Source: Planctomycetota bacterium
GTDB taxonomy: Bacteria > Planctomycetota > UBA1135 > UBA2386
Assembly (NCBI GenBank): GCA_046290465.1
Contig: JBKAGP010000001.1
Span: 3,776,001-3,840,000, forward strand
Length of the DNA: 64,000 nucleotides
Direction: 5' to 3'
In this document: positions 1 through 9,066 of the stretch, piece after piece
Layout: each line of letters starts with the position of its first letter
How positions within the stretch are numbered: position 1 is the first letter of the stretch
Program-made: the position numbers and the translations under genes
The notes under the pieces: generated by a model
Seen by the model: only the letters and a program-made list of their open reading frames with translations
What the model was told of the DNA's origin: nothing
Database searches by the model: none

Positions 1-765
1 GGCGAGCCGCTGCACGTCGCCGCGACCTACGACGGTGCGACGATGACGCTCTACCTCGACGGCCAGGTCATCGACACGGTCGCGGCGTCCGGCGCATTCA
101 CGCCGTCGACCGGCACGCTGCGCATCGGCAAGGGCGACGACCTCGGCAACGAGGAGTTCCACGGCCGGATCGACTCGGTGCGCCTGTGGCAGGTCGCGCT
201 CCAGCAGCAAGAACTGGTCGCGTTGCTCGACCGCGACGTCGACACGATGCCGGGCATCGTCGGCTCGTGGCAGTTCGACGGCGACCTGACCGACTCGGCC
301 AACGGCAACGACGGCGTCGCCGTCGGCAGCATCGCCTTCGCGGAGCAGTACGGCGGCCAGATCGGCGTGCCGGACACCGGCCTCGAGATCTTCGGCGCCG
401 GCACCAGCAACTGCAGCACGGCCCCGTCGGTGATCGCGCCGCGCCTGCCGGTGCTCGGCACGACCTTCCCGTACGGGTCGGACGGCGGCCCGTCGCCGGG
501 CCTCTGGGCGCACTCGCTGACGCTGGCCCGCCTCCCCGTCGGGGTCGCCGCCCTCGGCGTCGACATCTGGATCGATCCGACCGGCGCCCTGCTGCCGACC
601 TTCGGGCTCGGCACCGTGCTCGGCGACAGCCGCTCAGAGCTGGCGCTGCCGACCGACCCGGCGGCGATCGGCCTGCAGGTGTTCTTCCAGGCGTTCTGGT
701 TCGACTCCTGCGGCCCGGCCGGGCTGACGGCGTCGCCGGGCCTGCAGATCACGCTGCTGCCGTAG
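1..765 (+). CDS. LamG/concanavalin-like domain protein with shared C-terminal domain (5'-partial)
   Basis: Frame open from base 1: HVAATYDGATMTLYLDG...LRIG...FHGRIDSVRLW (LamG pattern); C-terminus LPTDPAAIGLQVFFQAFWFD...SPGLQITLLP. Confidence 0.8.
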   Translation, partial: GEPLHVAATYDGATMTLYLDGQVIDTVAASGAFTPSTGTLRIGKGDDLGNEEFHGRIDSVRLWQVALQQQELVALLDRDVDTMPGIVGSWQFDGDLTDSANGNDGVAVGSIAFAEQYGGQIGVPDTGLEIFGAGTSNCSTAPSVIAPRLPVLGTTFPYGSDGGPSPGLWAHSLTLARLPVGVAALGVDIWIDPTGALLPTFGLGTVLGDSRSELALPTDPAAIGLQVFFQAFWFDSCGPAGLTASPGLQITLLP

Positions 766-771
766 CGGCGG

Positions 772-793
772 GCGCGCGGCTTCGGCCGCGCGC
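772..793. terminator. GC-rich hairpin with cUUCGg tetraloop between convergent genes
   Basis: GCGCGCGGC-TTCG-GCCGCGCGC, 9-bp perfect stem, between stops at 765 (+) and 803 (-); no U-tract. Confidence 0.6.
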
Positions 794-802
794 AGGGCAC
801 CG

Positions 803-1894
803 CTACTGGTGCTCGAAGAACGCCACCGGGCAGTAGGACAGGCTCTTCGAACCCGTCGTCAGGTTGGCGGGCGCGCCCGACGCCGAGACGATCGACGTGC
901 GCGGGCGCGCGCCGGTCAGCACCTCGCCACCGTTCGAGATCGTGACCTGGCCCGGCGTGAAGAAGTCGAGCATCAGCACCTGCGAGCTGATCGGCATGTC
1001 GGCGAACGCGTTGTCGTTGGGGATCTGGAACGACCAGGTCTTGCTGCCGGAGCCGCTGGTGGTGCCGCCGAGCAGGCTGATCGGGCCGAGCGACAGCTGG
1101 CCCTGGCACGCCGGCGCGATGCCCGGGAACACCGCCGAGATCGGGTACGGGGCGACCAGCGAGTTGCCGACCGACAGCGCGACGAACGCCGGCGCATTGG
1201 CCGGGCCCTGCGCGACCGAACCGATCCACGACAGACCGGGGCGCGTCGGCTGCAGCGTGTGGTTGGGCACGCCGCCGCCCGAGTGCTGGCAGCCGGCCGC
1301 GCCGTAGGTGATCGGCGAGTAGAAGTCGGCGCGGTCGATCCGGTAGGTGAACTGCGCGCCGCCGTTGGCCGTGCCGTAGACGCGGTACTCGACGACCAGG
1401 TTGCGGCCGTTGGGCTGGAACGCGAACGGCGTGGTCAGGTCGATGAAGAACTCGCCGTTCGGCAGCGGGTTGGCCGGGTCGCGCAGCGTCGGCGGCGTGT
1501 AGAGCGCCGGGCCGAATACGGTGACCGGCGTGCCGTCGTAGTTGTTGTCGTAGTTGGTGCCCATCGAGGCGTGCGTCTCGGTCGACCAGCCCATGCGGAT
1601 CTCGAGCTGCATCGCGACCCCGACGTCCATCGTCGTGGTCTGCGAGTCCTCGCGGAAGCCGAGCTTGGTGATCTGCTGGCCGACCGGGATGTCGAGGTCG
1701 ACCAGTTCGTAGAGGCACTGCACCCGCGAGGTGCCGCGCGCCAGCGGCAGGTTGGGCGACGACAGCGGGCCCTCCGGGACGGCCGCGTATTCGTCTGGGA
1801 AGACCGCGACTCCCTGGGCGCTGGCGACGTCGGTCGCGGCGGCGAAGGTGGCGGCGGAGAACAGGAAGGAAAGCACGTATGGGTTCGTCTTCAT
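803..1894 (-). CDS. Secreted hypothetical protein with YGxGC...Q-type domain
   Basis: ATG at 1894 after GGAGGGGG RBS; signal peptide MKTNPYVLSFLFSAATFAAATDVASA|Q; TYGAAGC...IPNDNAFADMPISSQVLMLD. Confidence 0.8.
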   Translation of the reverse strand: MKTNPYVLSFLFSAATFAAATDVASAQGVAVFPDEYAAVPEGPLSSPNLPLARGTSRVQCLYELVDLDIPVGQQITKLGFREDSQTTTMDVGVAMQLEIRMGWSTETHASMGTNYDNNYDGTPVTVFGPALYTPPTLRDPANPLPNGEFFIDLTTPFAFQPNGRNLVVEYRVYGTANGGAQFTYRIDRADFYSPITYGAAGCQHSGGGVPNHTLQPTRPGLSWIGSVAQGPANAPAFVALSVGNSLVAPYPISAVFPGIAPACQGQLSLGPISLLGGTTSGSGSKTWSFQIPNDNAFADMPISSQVLMLDFFTPGQVTISNGGEVLTGARPRTSIVSASGAPANLTTGSKSLSYCPVAFFEHQ

Positions 1895-1995
1895 GGCATC
1901 CCCCTCCAGCGAAGGCGGGCGCCGGATCCCAAGGTCGCTTCCTTCGGTTTTCTCGCGGGGGCCGGTCGCGCTGGGCGACCGCGCTGGCTGGCCGC

Positions 1996-2628
1996 TCAGC
2001 CGAGCGTGCGGCCGAAGCCGCGCACGCGCAGCTTGACCAGCAACCGCGCCTGTGCGTCCTGGAACGCCTGGCGGGCGGTCTCGTCGCTCGAGTAGCCGAG
2101 GGCGTCGCGGATCTGCGGGAACGTCGCGTCCTCCAGCAGCCGCAGCTCGAGCAGGCGTCGGTGCCGCTCGGGCAGTTCTTGCAGCGCGTCGCGCACCAGC
2201 GCCGCGCGTTCGCCGAGCGACGCGGCCATCGTCGGGGTCGCCTCGCGCGCGTCGGCGGCCATCGCCGCCATGCCCGCCGTCGGCTCGGCGACCTTCTTGC
2301 GGTCGTCGCGGCGCGCCGCCTCGTGGAAGCGCACCGCGTCCAGCAGCCGGTGCCGCACCAGCGTGCCGAGGTAGGAGTAGAACTTCTCGGGGCCTTCGAA
2401 CGACGTGTCCGACAGGTCCCGCACCACCGCCGCCAGCACCTCGTGCACGACGTCGTGCGTGCTGAACAGCGGCAGGATCCAGCGGTGCCGCTTGCGGAAG
2501 TCCCGCTCGAGGTCGCGGTGCACGAACTGCTTCACCGGCGCGTAGCACGCCGCGACGACCCGTTCCTGGGCGTGCTCGTCCCCGCCCGCGGCGGCGACGA
2601 TCTCCGGGCACAACGTCTGCCAGTCCAT
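1996..2628 (-). CDS. ECF sigma-70 factor
   Basis: AAAGGDEHAQERV, DVVHEV, FYSYLGTLVRHRLLDAVR (sigma2); ALQELPERHRRLLELRLLE...IRDALG (sigma4). Confidence 0.85.
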   Translation of the reverse strand: MDWQTLCPEIVAAAGGDEHAQERVVAACYAPVKQFVHRDLERDFRKRHRWILPLFSTHDVVHEVLAAVVRDLSDTSFEGPEKFYSYLGTLVRHRLLDAVRFHEAARRDDRKKVAEPTAGMAAMAADAREATPTMAASLGERAALVRDALQELPERHRRLLELRLLEDATFPQIRDALGYSSDETARQAFQDAQARLLVKLRVRGFGRTLG

Positions 2629-2656
2629 CTTGCTGCCTCCCGAGTTCGCCGCGGAC

Positions 2657-4123
2657 CTACAGGTAGACCTGGACCGGCCACGCCTCGCTCAGCGCAGCCG
2701 AGTTCCAGTCCAGGTGGAACCAGCGGATCGTGAACCGGCTGCCCGACAACGACAGCGACGGCGGCACCGTGAACGCGGTCGCCTGCGGGTTGCCGGGGAT
2801 CGGGTCCAGCGGGTCGCGCAGCAGCAGGCCGTTGATCAGCACGGGATCGAGGTTGTCCTCGCTGGTCAGGAACGCGAACGCCAGGCTCGGCGCCGGCCCG
2901 GTCGCCGGCGGCCAGCCGACCATCCACGACTCGAACCGCGTCGCCGACGACTCGTAGCGGCGGAACGCCGAGCCGCTGAGTTCGGGCACACCGAGCAGGC
3001 CGTTGCGCGGCGCGCCGCAGCTGTTGCCGAAGTCGTCGCCGCCGGGCGGCGGCAGGTTGACGCCTTCGAGATCGGGGTCGAGCGTGCAGACCGCGTCGAC
3101 GTCGTCGTTCTGCGCCTTGCCGATCTCGTCGCTGACGCGCGTGCCGCTCGGTGTGGTCACCGGCACCGGGTTGCTGGCGCCGTCGGTCGAGAAGTCGAGG
3201 AACAGGAACTGGTCGCGCAGGTTGCCGGTGACCGAGAACAGCACGCGTTCGTTGGCCGCGTCGACGGCCAGCGCGTCGATGTCCTCGTCCTGGCCGAGGC
3301 CCAGCTCGGTGTAGCTCAAGAACACCTGAGGTGCTCCCCAGCCGCCGCCGAACGGCGACGGCTTGACGCACAGGATCGTCGCGCCGCTGCGCGACGTGCT
3401 GCCCCACCAGGCGCCCGGCACGAAGTCGCGGGTCGCGTGCGAGACCGTGAAGTAGATCGCGGGCGAACCGACCAGCGGCCCGAAGCCCGGTTCGACCGCG
3501 GGCATGCCGCTGAGGAGCGCCAGGCCCTGGTCGACGCCGAGCACCAGCGGCAGGTCGAGGCCGTCGACCTCGACGACGCCGCCCGCGCCGAGGCCCAGGT
3601 CGCCGCGCGAGTGCGAACGCTGGGTGCGGCCGACCAGCTGCGGCGGCAGGCCGCTGCCGGGCAGGATGTACGAGAACACGGTCGCGCCGAGGTCGCCTTC
3701 GGCCGCCTGCTGCGCGATCAACGAGCCGGGAGCACCGACCGCGCCCTCGCGCAGCGAGAACGACCAGACGCTCCACAGCTCGGGGTCGATGTCGAGCACG
3801 CCGTTGCCGTCGATCAGCAGCTCATCGCGCCCGGTGCTGAAGTCGTCGAGGTCGACGGTCGACGGCGCGCCGAAGGCCGTCAGGATCGCACGCAGGTCCG
3901 GCGTCATGCTGCCCGGCGCGAACGTGCCGGGCGCCGCCTGCGAGAAGCCGTTGGGGTGCACCAGCGTGGTGCCGTCGGCGTTGCCGGCCGGGTCCGGACC
4001 ATCGACGAACAGGGCCGTCGGCGAGCCGGCGAGCACGCCGCGGGACTCGACCTGGGCGCGCGCGGCACCGGTGAGGCCGGCGGCGACGCCGGCGAGGAGC
4101 AGAGCGGGGACGGTGGATCGCAT
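2657..4123 (-). CDS. Secreted hypothetical protein (repeated DxDA motifs, shared C-terminal domain)
   Basis: Signal peptide MRSTVPALLLAGVAAGLTGAARA|Q; ELGLGQDEDIDALAV, DDVDAVC; FGNSCG...VPPSLSLSG. Confidence 0.75.
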   Translation of the reverse strand: MRSTVPALLLAGVAAGLTGAARAQVESRGVLAGSPTALFVDGPDPAGNADGTTLVHPNGFSQAAPGTFAPGSMTPDLRAILTAFGAPSTVDLDDFSTGRDELLIDGNGVLDIDPELWSVWSFSLREGAVGAPGSLIAQQAAEGDLGATVFSYILPGSGLPPQLVGRTQRSHSRGDLGLGAGGVVEVDGLDLPLVLGVDQGLALLSGMPAVEPGFGPLVGSPAIYFTVSHATRDFVPGAWWGSTSRSGATILCVKPSPFGGGWGAPQVFLSYTELGLGQDEDIDALAVDAANERVLFSVTGNLRDQFLFLDFSTDGASNPVPVTTPSGTRVSDEIGKAQNDDVDAVCTLDPDLEGVNLPPPGGDDFGNSCGAPRNGLLGVPELSGSAFRRYESSATRFESWMVGWPPATGPAPSLAFAFLTSEDNLDPVLINGLLLRDPLDPIPGNPQATAFTVPPSLSLSGSRFTIRWFHLDWNSAALSEAWPVQVYL

Positions 4124-4164
4124 GGAATCGGTAGCGTAGCCGCGACCGCAAACCCCAGGTGGAA

Positions 4165-6714
4165 TCAGCGGAAAGTCTCGAGGCCCACTTCGATCTCGGC
4201 GAGCAGCCGTTCGCGCAGCGCCGCGTTGTCGCCGGCCTCCTGCAGCGCGAGCCGCCGCAGGATGATCGCGAGCCAGGCGGTCTGGTCGACGCCGAGCCCC
4301 GACTGCGGCATCAGGAAGGCGAGGTTGGCCAGGTCGTAGGCAGCGCCCGGCGACTCGTTGACCGCGCGCGCGTAGCTGAGGAACGCCTCGTCGCGATTCT
4401 CCGACGCCAGCGCCTCGGCGATCGCCAGCTGCCGCCGACCGCGCGTGGTCGCGCGCATCGCCAGCGCCGCGCGGTAGCTCGCCGCCGCCTGCTCGGCGAC
4501 GCCGCGCCGTTCTTCCCAGGAGCTGCACAGCGCCGCCCGTTCGAGGTGGATGCTGCCGATCAGGTCGAGGCGCAGACGACCGCGCGTGCCCTCGGTCGGC
4601 AGTTCGTCGCACAGCGCCATCGCCTCGTCGAGCTGGCCGCGGTCGCGCAACACCTGCGCCAGCGTGAAGCGCGTGTTCCACGCGAACGAGCGCAACCGCT
4701 GCGCTTCGCGCAGGTGGCGCTCGGCCGACGCGAGGTCGCCGTGACGTCGATACGCGATGCCGAGGTTCTGGTGCGGGCCGTGGCGCTCGGGCCGCAGCTC
4801 GAGCGAACGCTGCAATGGACCGATCGCCTCGCCGTAGCGGCGCATCATCACCAGCGCGACACCGCGCATCGCCTGCGTGCGCGCGGTCTCGCCGCCGTAG
4901 ATCGCCTCGAGCGCCACCGACTCGTCGTACAGGCGGTTGAGCACCTCACGCTGTTCGTCGCCGGCAGTCCGCTCCGACCGCCCCGCCAGCGACAGCATGC
5001 GCAGGTCGCGCGCCGGCAGGTAGCGGTCCGACGCGCGCGCGAGCAGCGCGTCGGCGCGCGCCGCGTAGCCCTTGACGTGGCGGTTGCGCAGCTCGTGGAA
5101 GCCCTGCACGTAGAGCTCCTGCGGCGTGACCGGCTCGGGCAGCCCCTCGATGCCGACCGCGAACGCGCCGACCTGCTCCGGGTCGCTGTCGAGGTAGCGC
5201 TGCACCAAGGCGCGGAAGTAGTCGCTGTCGCGCTGCGCCGCGATCCACTCGAGGTCGCGCAGCGCCGCGTCACGTTCGCCGAGGTCGAAGCGCAGGCACG
5301 CGCGCCACAGCCGCACCGGCAGGTCGGCGGGATCGAGCGCGAGGATCGCGTCGAGCTGGGCGATCGCCGCCTCGTGTTCGCCGCGCAGCTGGTTGAGCAC
5401 GCGCTCGTCCGGCCAGCCCTCGATCGCGAGCACGCTCGGCAGCGTGCGGTAGAGCGCCAGCTTCTGCTCAGCGCGCTCGAGCTCGCGCTGCCGTTCGAGG
5501 ATCGGCCACGCAATCGCCGCGACCAGCAGGGCCAGCGTCACCGCCGCGATCGCGACCGGTCGCGCCGGCGCGCGCTGCCAGCGACGCAACCGCCGACCGA
5601 ACGACGACAGCGGCCGCGCGGCCACCGGCTGGTGCTGCAAGAACGCTTCGAGGTCGCGGCCGAGCGCCGCGGCGTCCGGATAGCGGCGCGCCGGGTCGCG
5701 CTCGATGCATCGCTCGACGATCGCGACCAGGTCCCGCGGCAGGCCGGGCCTGGCGACCAGCAGCGGCGTCGGGTCGTCGCGCAGCAACGACGCCAGAACC
5801 GTCGCGGCGTCGCCCTCGTACGGCGGGCGACCGGCGAGCAGGTGGTAGAGCGTCGCGCCGAGGCCGTAGACGTCCATGGTCGGATGCGCGGTCTGCATGC
5901 CGCCGCTGGCGACCTGTTCGGGCGGCATGTACCACGGCGTGCCGAGCGTCGTCTGCGTCGCGGTCAGGCGTTCGTCCGAGCCGCGCGAGGCGATGCCGAA
6001 GTCGAGCAGCACCGCGCGGCCGTCGCGGGTCAAGAACGCGTTCGACGGCTTGACGTCGCGGTGCACCAGGCGCTGCTCGTGCGCCGCCGCGAGCCCGCGC
6101 GCGAGCTCGCTGCCCCACAGCGCGACCTGCCGCGGCCAGTGCGGTTCGACCGGCGACTCGATGCACGCTGCGACCGCATCGGCGGCCGGCCGACCGGTCG
6201 CGATCTCGCCGAGCAGTTCGGCCAGCGTCGCACCGCGCAGCCGTTCCATCACCAGGTAGTGGATGCCCTCGGGAGTGCGGCCGCGGTCGTGCACGCCGAC
6301 GATGTTGCGGTGCTGCAGCGCGGCCAGCGACTCGGCCTCGCGCTGGAACCGCTGCTCGGCCGCGTCGTCGCGGAACAGCCGCGCGTCGAGGATCTTGATC
6401 GCGACCTCGCGCTGCAGCTCGCGGTCGTCGGCGAGGTAGACGACCCCCATCGCGCCGCGGCCGAGGCTCTCGGTCAGCTGGTAGCGATCGGCGAGCAGCA
6501 GGCCGGCGAGCGGATCCTCGCGCAACGCCTCCTGCTGCAGTCCGACCAGCGCATCGGTCAGCCCGAGCACCTCGGCGAGCGGACCACGAAGGTGCGGATC
6601 GTCCTGGCAGAGTTCGTCGAGGTCGACGGCTTCTCCTTCGTCGATGCGCGCCAACGCCCGGCGCACGCAGGCGATCAGCCGCTCCTGATCCTCGGGGCTG
6701 CGAGAGAGGGTCAT
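4165..6714 (-). CDS. Hanks-type Ser/Thr protein kinase with TM segment and TPR-like C-terminus
   Basis: LGRGAMGVVY, VAIK, HRDVKPSN, DFG, GTPWYMPPE; hydrophobic segment; HQNLGIAYRRHGDLASAERHLREA TPR-like repeats. Confidence 0.93.
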   Translation of the reverse strand: MTLSRSPEDQERLIACVRRALARIDEGEAVDLDELCQDDPHLRGPLAEVLGLTDALVGLQQEALREDPLAGLLLADRYQLTESLGRGAMGVVYLADDRELQREVAIKILDARLFRDDAAEQRFQREAESLAALQHRNIVGVHDRGRTPEGIHYLVMERLRGATLAELLGEIATGRPAADAVAACIESPVEPHWPRQVALWGSELARGLAAAHEQRLVHRDVKPSNAFLTRDGRAVLLDFGIASRGSDERLTATQTTLGTPWYMPPEQVASGGMQTAHPTMDVYGLGATLYHLLAGRPPYEGDAATVLASLLRDDPTPLLVARPGLPRDLVAIVERCIERDPARRYPDAAALGRDLEAFLQHQPVAARPLSSFGRRLRRWQRAPARPVAIAAVTLALLVAAIAWPILERQRELERAEQKLALYRTLPSVLAIEGWPDERVLNQLRGEHEAAIAQLDAILALDPADLPVRLWRACLRFDLGERDAALRDLEWIAAQRDSDYFRALVQRYLDSDPEQVGAFAVGIEGLPEPVTPQELYVQGFHELRNRHVKGYAARADALLARASDRYLPARDLRMLSLAGRSERTAGDEQREVLNRLYDESVALEAIYGGETARTQAMRGVALVMMRRYGEAIGPLQRSLELRPERHGPHQNLGIAYRRHGDLASAERHLREAQRLRSFAWNTRFTLAQVLRDRGQLDEAMALCDELPTEGTRGRLRLDLIGSIHLERAALCSSWEERRGVAEQAAASYRAALAMRATTRGRRQLAIAEALASENRDEAFLSYARAVNESPGAAYDLANLAFLMPQSGLGVDQTAWLAIILRRLALQEAGDNAALRERLLAEIEVGLETFR

Positions 6715-6747
6715 GGGGCGACGCAGTCTATCCGCAAGCGCCGCGAC

Positions 6748-8298
6748 TCAGCGGCCGCTGGTCCGCTTCACGAACGCGACCAGCGTCTGCCGCCACTGCG
6801 GCAGCAGGCTCTGCTCGACGTACATCATGTGCCCGGCGGCGAAGTCGGCCCGCTGCACGTTGTCGCGCAGGTCCTTGGGCAGGTTGAGGTTGTCGAACGT
6901 CCAGACCGCCGCGAAGTAGGGCGTGGCGAGGTCGTAGATGCCGTTGACCAGCAAGACCTCGAGCTTGGGGTTCTGCCGGATCGCGCGCGCCAGGTCGGGC
7001 GCGACGTTGAGCGCGCCGCCGCCGAAGCCGCCCGCGCCGCGATCCCAGTTCCACGGCCGCGCCCGGCCGCTCGGAACGTACTCCCTGTCCCCGTCGTAGC
7101 CGAGGTCGTCGCGCAGGTAGGCGTTGAAGGCCGACGTGTAGGCGCTCTTGATCGCGGTCGACTGCGGATCGTGCGACGGACGGTCGGCCAGCAGGTCGCC
7201 CGAGGGACCGGTGAAGCGCGCATCGAGTCGCCCGACCACCAGGCCGCGGCTGCGCAGCACTTCTTGTTCGTACTGCGACGCGGTCACCCGCAGGTCGGTG
7301 CGATCCAGGTACTGCTTCGAGATGCCGGTGTAGCGGTGCATCTGCTCGAGCACGCGCTGGCGCTGCGCCGGGTCGACCGCGCTGCCGGCGAGGATCGCGG
7401 TCGCGTAGTCGGTGGTCGCCCACGCCTCGACCTCCTTCATGAACGCGCCGAGGTCCTGCGGCCTGCCGCCGGGCAACGCATCGTGGTAGGCCGACGTGAT
7501 CGCGTACGACGGCACGTTGACCACGAACGGCACGATCGTGCCCTCGCCGAACCGGATCGTCTGGAAGTCGAGCACCGACGACACCAGCACGATGCCGTTG
7601 AGGTCGACGTTGTCACGCTGCAGCCGGCCGGCCAGCACCGCCGAACGGGTCGTGCCGTAGCTTTCGCCGAGCAGATAGCGCGGCGCGTTCCACCGCTGGT
7701 AGCGGCTCAGAAAGCGCCGCACGAACTGCGCCAGCGACGCGGCGTCCTCGTCGACGCCCCAGAAGTCCGAGCCCTTGGCGCCACCGACCGGACGACTGAA
7801 CCCGGTGCCGACCGGATCGACCATCACGATGTCGGCGACGTCGAGCAGGCACGCGGCGTTGTCCTCGATCGGATACGGCGCCGCACCCTGCGGGCCGACC
7901 TCGGACGTGACCACGCGACGCGGCCCCATCACCCCCATGTGCAGCCAGAAGCTGGCCGACCCGGGACCGCCGTTGTAGGCGAAGATCAGCGGCCGCTGCC
8001 GGTCGCGCGTGCCGTCGACGGCGTCGCGGAAGTACGCGGTGTACCACAGCTCGGCGGTCGGTTCGTCGGCGTCGTTGCGCAGCGGGATGTGGTCGACGAC
8101 CGACTGGTAGGTGACCTGCTGTCCCTGCAGTTCGATCGTGTGCCGCCTGGTCCAGCCGCCATCGGGAGGTGAGGTCGGAGGCGAGGCGGGCGACGAGGCG
8201 GCCGGCGCGGCCTCGTCCTGCGCATGCAGGACACCGACCAGCAGCAGGGTGACGAGCGTGTGGACGACGACAGGCGTTCGCAGGCGATTCTCGACCAT
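6748..8298 (-). CDS. Peptidase S10 (serine carboxypeptidase), secreted
   Basis: FAYNGGPGSAS, VDPVGTGFS, GESYG nucleophile, YDLATP, AGHMMY. Confidence 0.92.
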   Translation of the reverse strand: MVENRLRTPVVVHTLVTLLLVGVLHAQDEAAPAASSPASPPTSPPDGGWTRRHTIELQGQQVTYQSVVDHIPLRNDADEPTAELWYTAYFRDAVDGTRDRQRPLIFAYNGGPGSASFWLHMGVMGPRRVVTSEVGPQGAAPYPIEDNAACLLDVADIVMVDPVGTGFSRPVGGAKGSDFWGVDEDAASLAQFVRRFLSRYQRWNAPRYLLGESYGTTRSAVLAGRLQRDNVDLNGIVLVSSVLDFQTIRFGEGTIVPFVVNVPSYAITSAYHDALPGGRPQDLGAFMKEVEAWATTDYATAILAGSAVDPAQRQRVLEQMHRYTGISKQYLDRTDLRVTASQYEQEVLRSRGLVVGRLDARFTGPSGDLLADRPSHDPQSTAIKSAYTSAFNAYLRDDLGYDGDREYVPSGRARPWNWDRGAGGFGGGALNVAPDLARAIRQNPKLEVLLVNGIYDLATPYFAAVWTFDNLNLPKDLRDNVQRADFAAGHMMYVEQSLLPQWRQTLVAFVKRTSGR

Positions 8299-8376
8299 GC
8301 CACCATGCTCGGCAGGGATGCGTCGCGACGCCACCGTGACGATGCAACGTGCTTGCAGCAGCGCGTTCGCCGCGGC

Positions 8377-8868
8377 TCAGCTGGTGACCAGCAGGACCGG
8401 CGTCGTGAACGTGAACTGCTGCGACTGCGGCGATACCGCCAGCCCCTGGAACACGAATTGGCTGCCCGGCGGCAGCGAAGCCGGCACCGCGATGCCGAAG
8501 ATCGCCGCGCTGCTGACCGCGCCACCGCAAAGGAAGCCGCCGGCGGGCAGCACGCCACCGAGCAGCACCGGCGCGCCGCCGAGGCCGAGTTGGTTGCCGA
8601 ACCCGGGCAGCGTCTGGCACTGCAGCGTGCCCGACAGACCGAGCAGGTAGGGCGTCTGCGGCACGCCGAACACGTGCGCGCTGACCACGCTGCCGGCGGC
8701 CACCGTCAGGGTCTCCTGCGGCCCCGGCGCGCAGTTGACGGGCACGCACACCGAGCCCGCGGTCGCTGCGAACGGGCCGGTCGAGCTGCGCAGTTCGAGG
8801 CCGACCTCCTGGCACGGCAGGCAGGAAGCGGCGGTCAGGGAAGAGAGCAGGAGCAGCGTTCGGTTCAT
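8377..8868 (-). CDS. Small secreted protein made largely of the shared C-terminal domain
   Basis: Signal-like N-terminus; VPASLPPGSQFVFQGLAVSP...FTFTTPVLLVTS. Confidence 0.7.
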   Translation of the reverse strand: MNRTLLLLSSLTAASCLPCQEVGLELRSSTGPFAATAGSVCVPVNCAPGPQETLTVAAGSVVSAHVFGVPQTPYLLGLSGTLQCQTLPGFGNQLGLGGAPVLLGGVLPAGGFLCGGAVSSAAIFGIAVPASLPPGSQFVFQGLAVSPQSQQFTFTTPVLLVTS

Positions 8869-9066
8869 GGATCGCGATCGAAGGGGAGCGGCGGACGCGA
8901 GAGGCGGCGGACGTAGTCCCGGACCATGGCGTGCGTCACGCGACGCAGCGCAATTCCCGTCGCGACATGCGCCCTACGCCGCCGGGCCTCGCCGTGCCCC
9001 CGACCTGCGCCGATCGGCCCCGTTCCAACGGCCGCCGCGTCGTCCTAGCATCCGGCCCCCCCCGGT

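Noticed and set aside
4159..8172. Very long antisense or alternate-frame ORFs (also 17587-20724, 51028-54870, 51371-54430, 57473-60673)
   Set aside because: Shadow ORFs expected in high-GC DNA; R/A/G-rich, with no motifs, and overlapping well-supported genes
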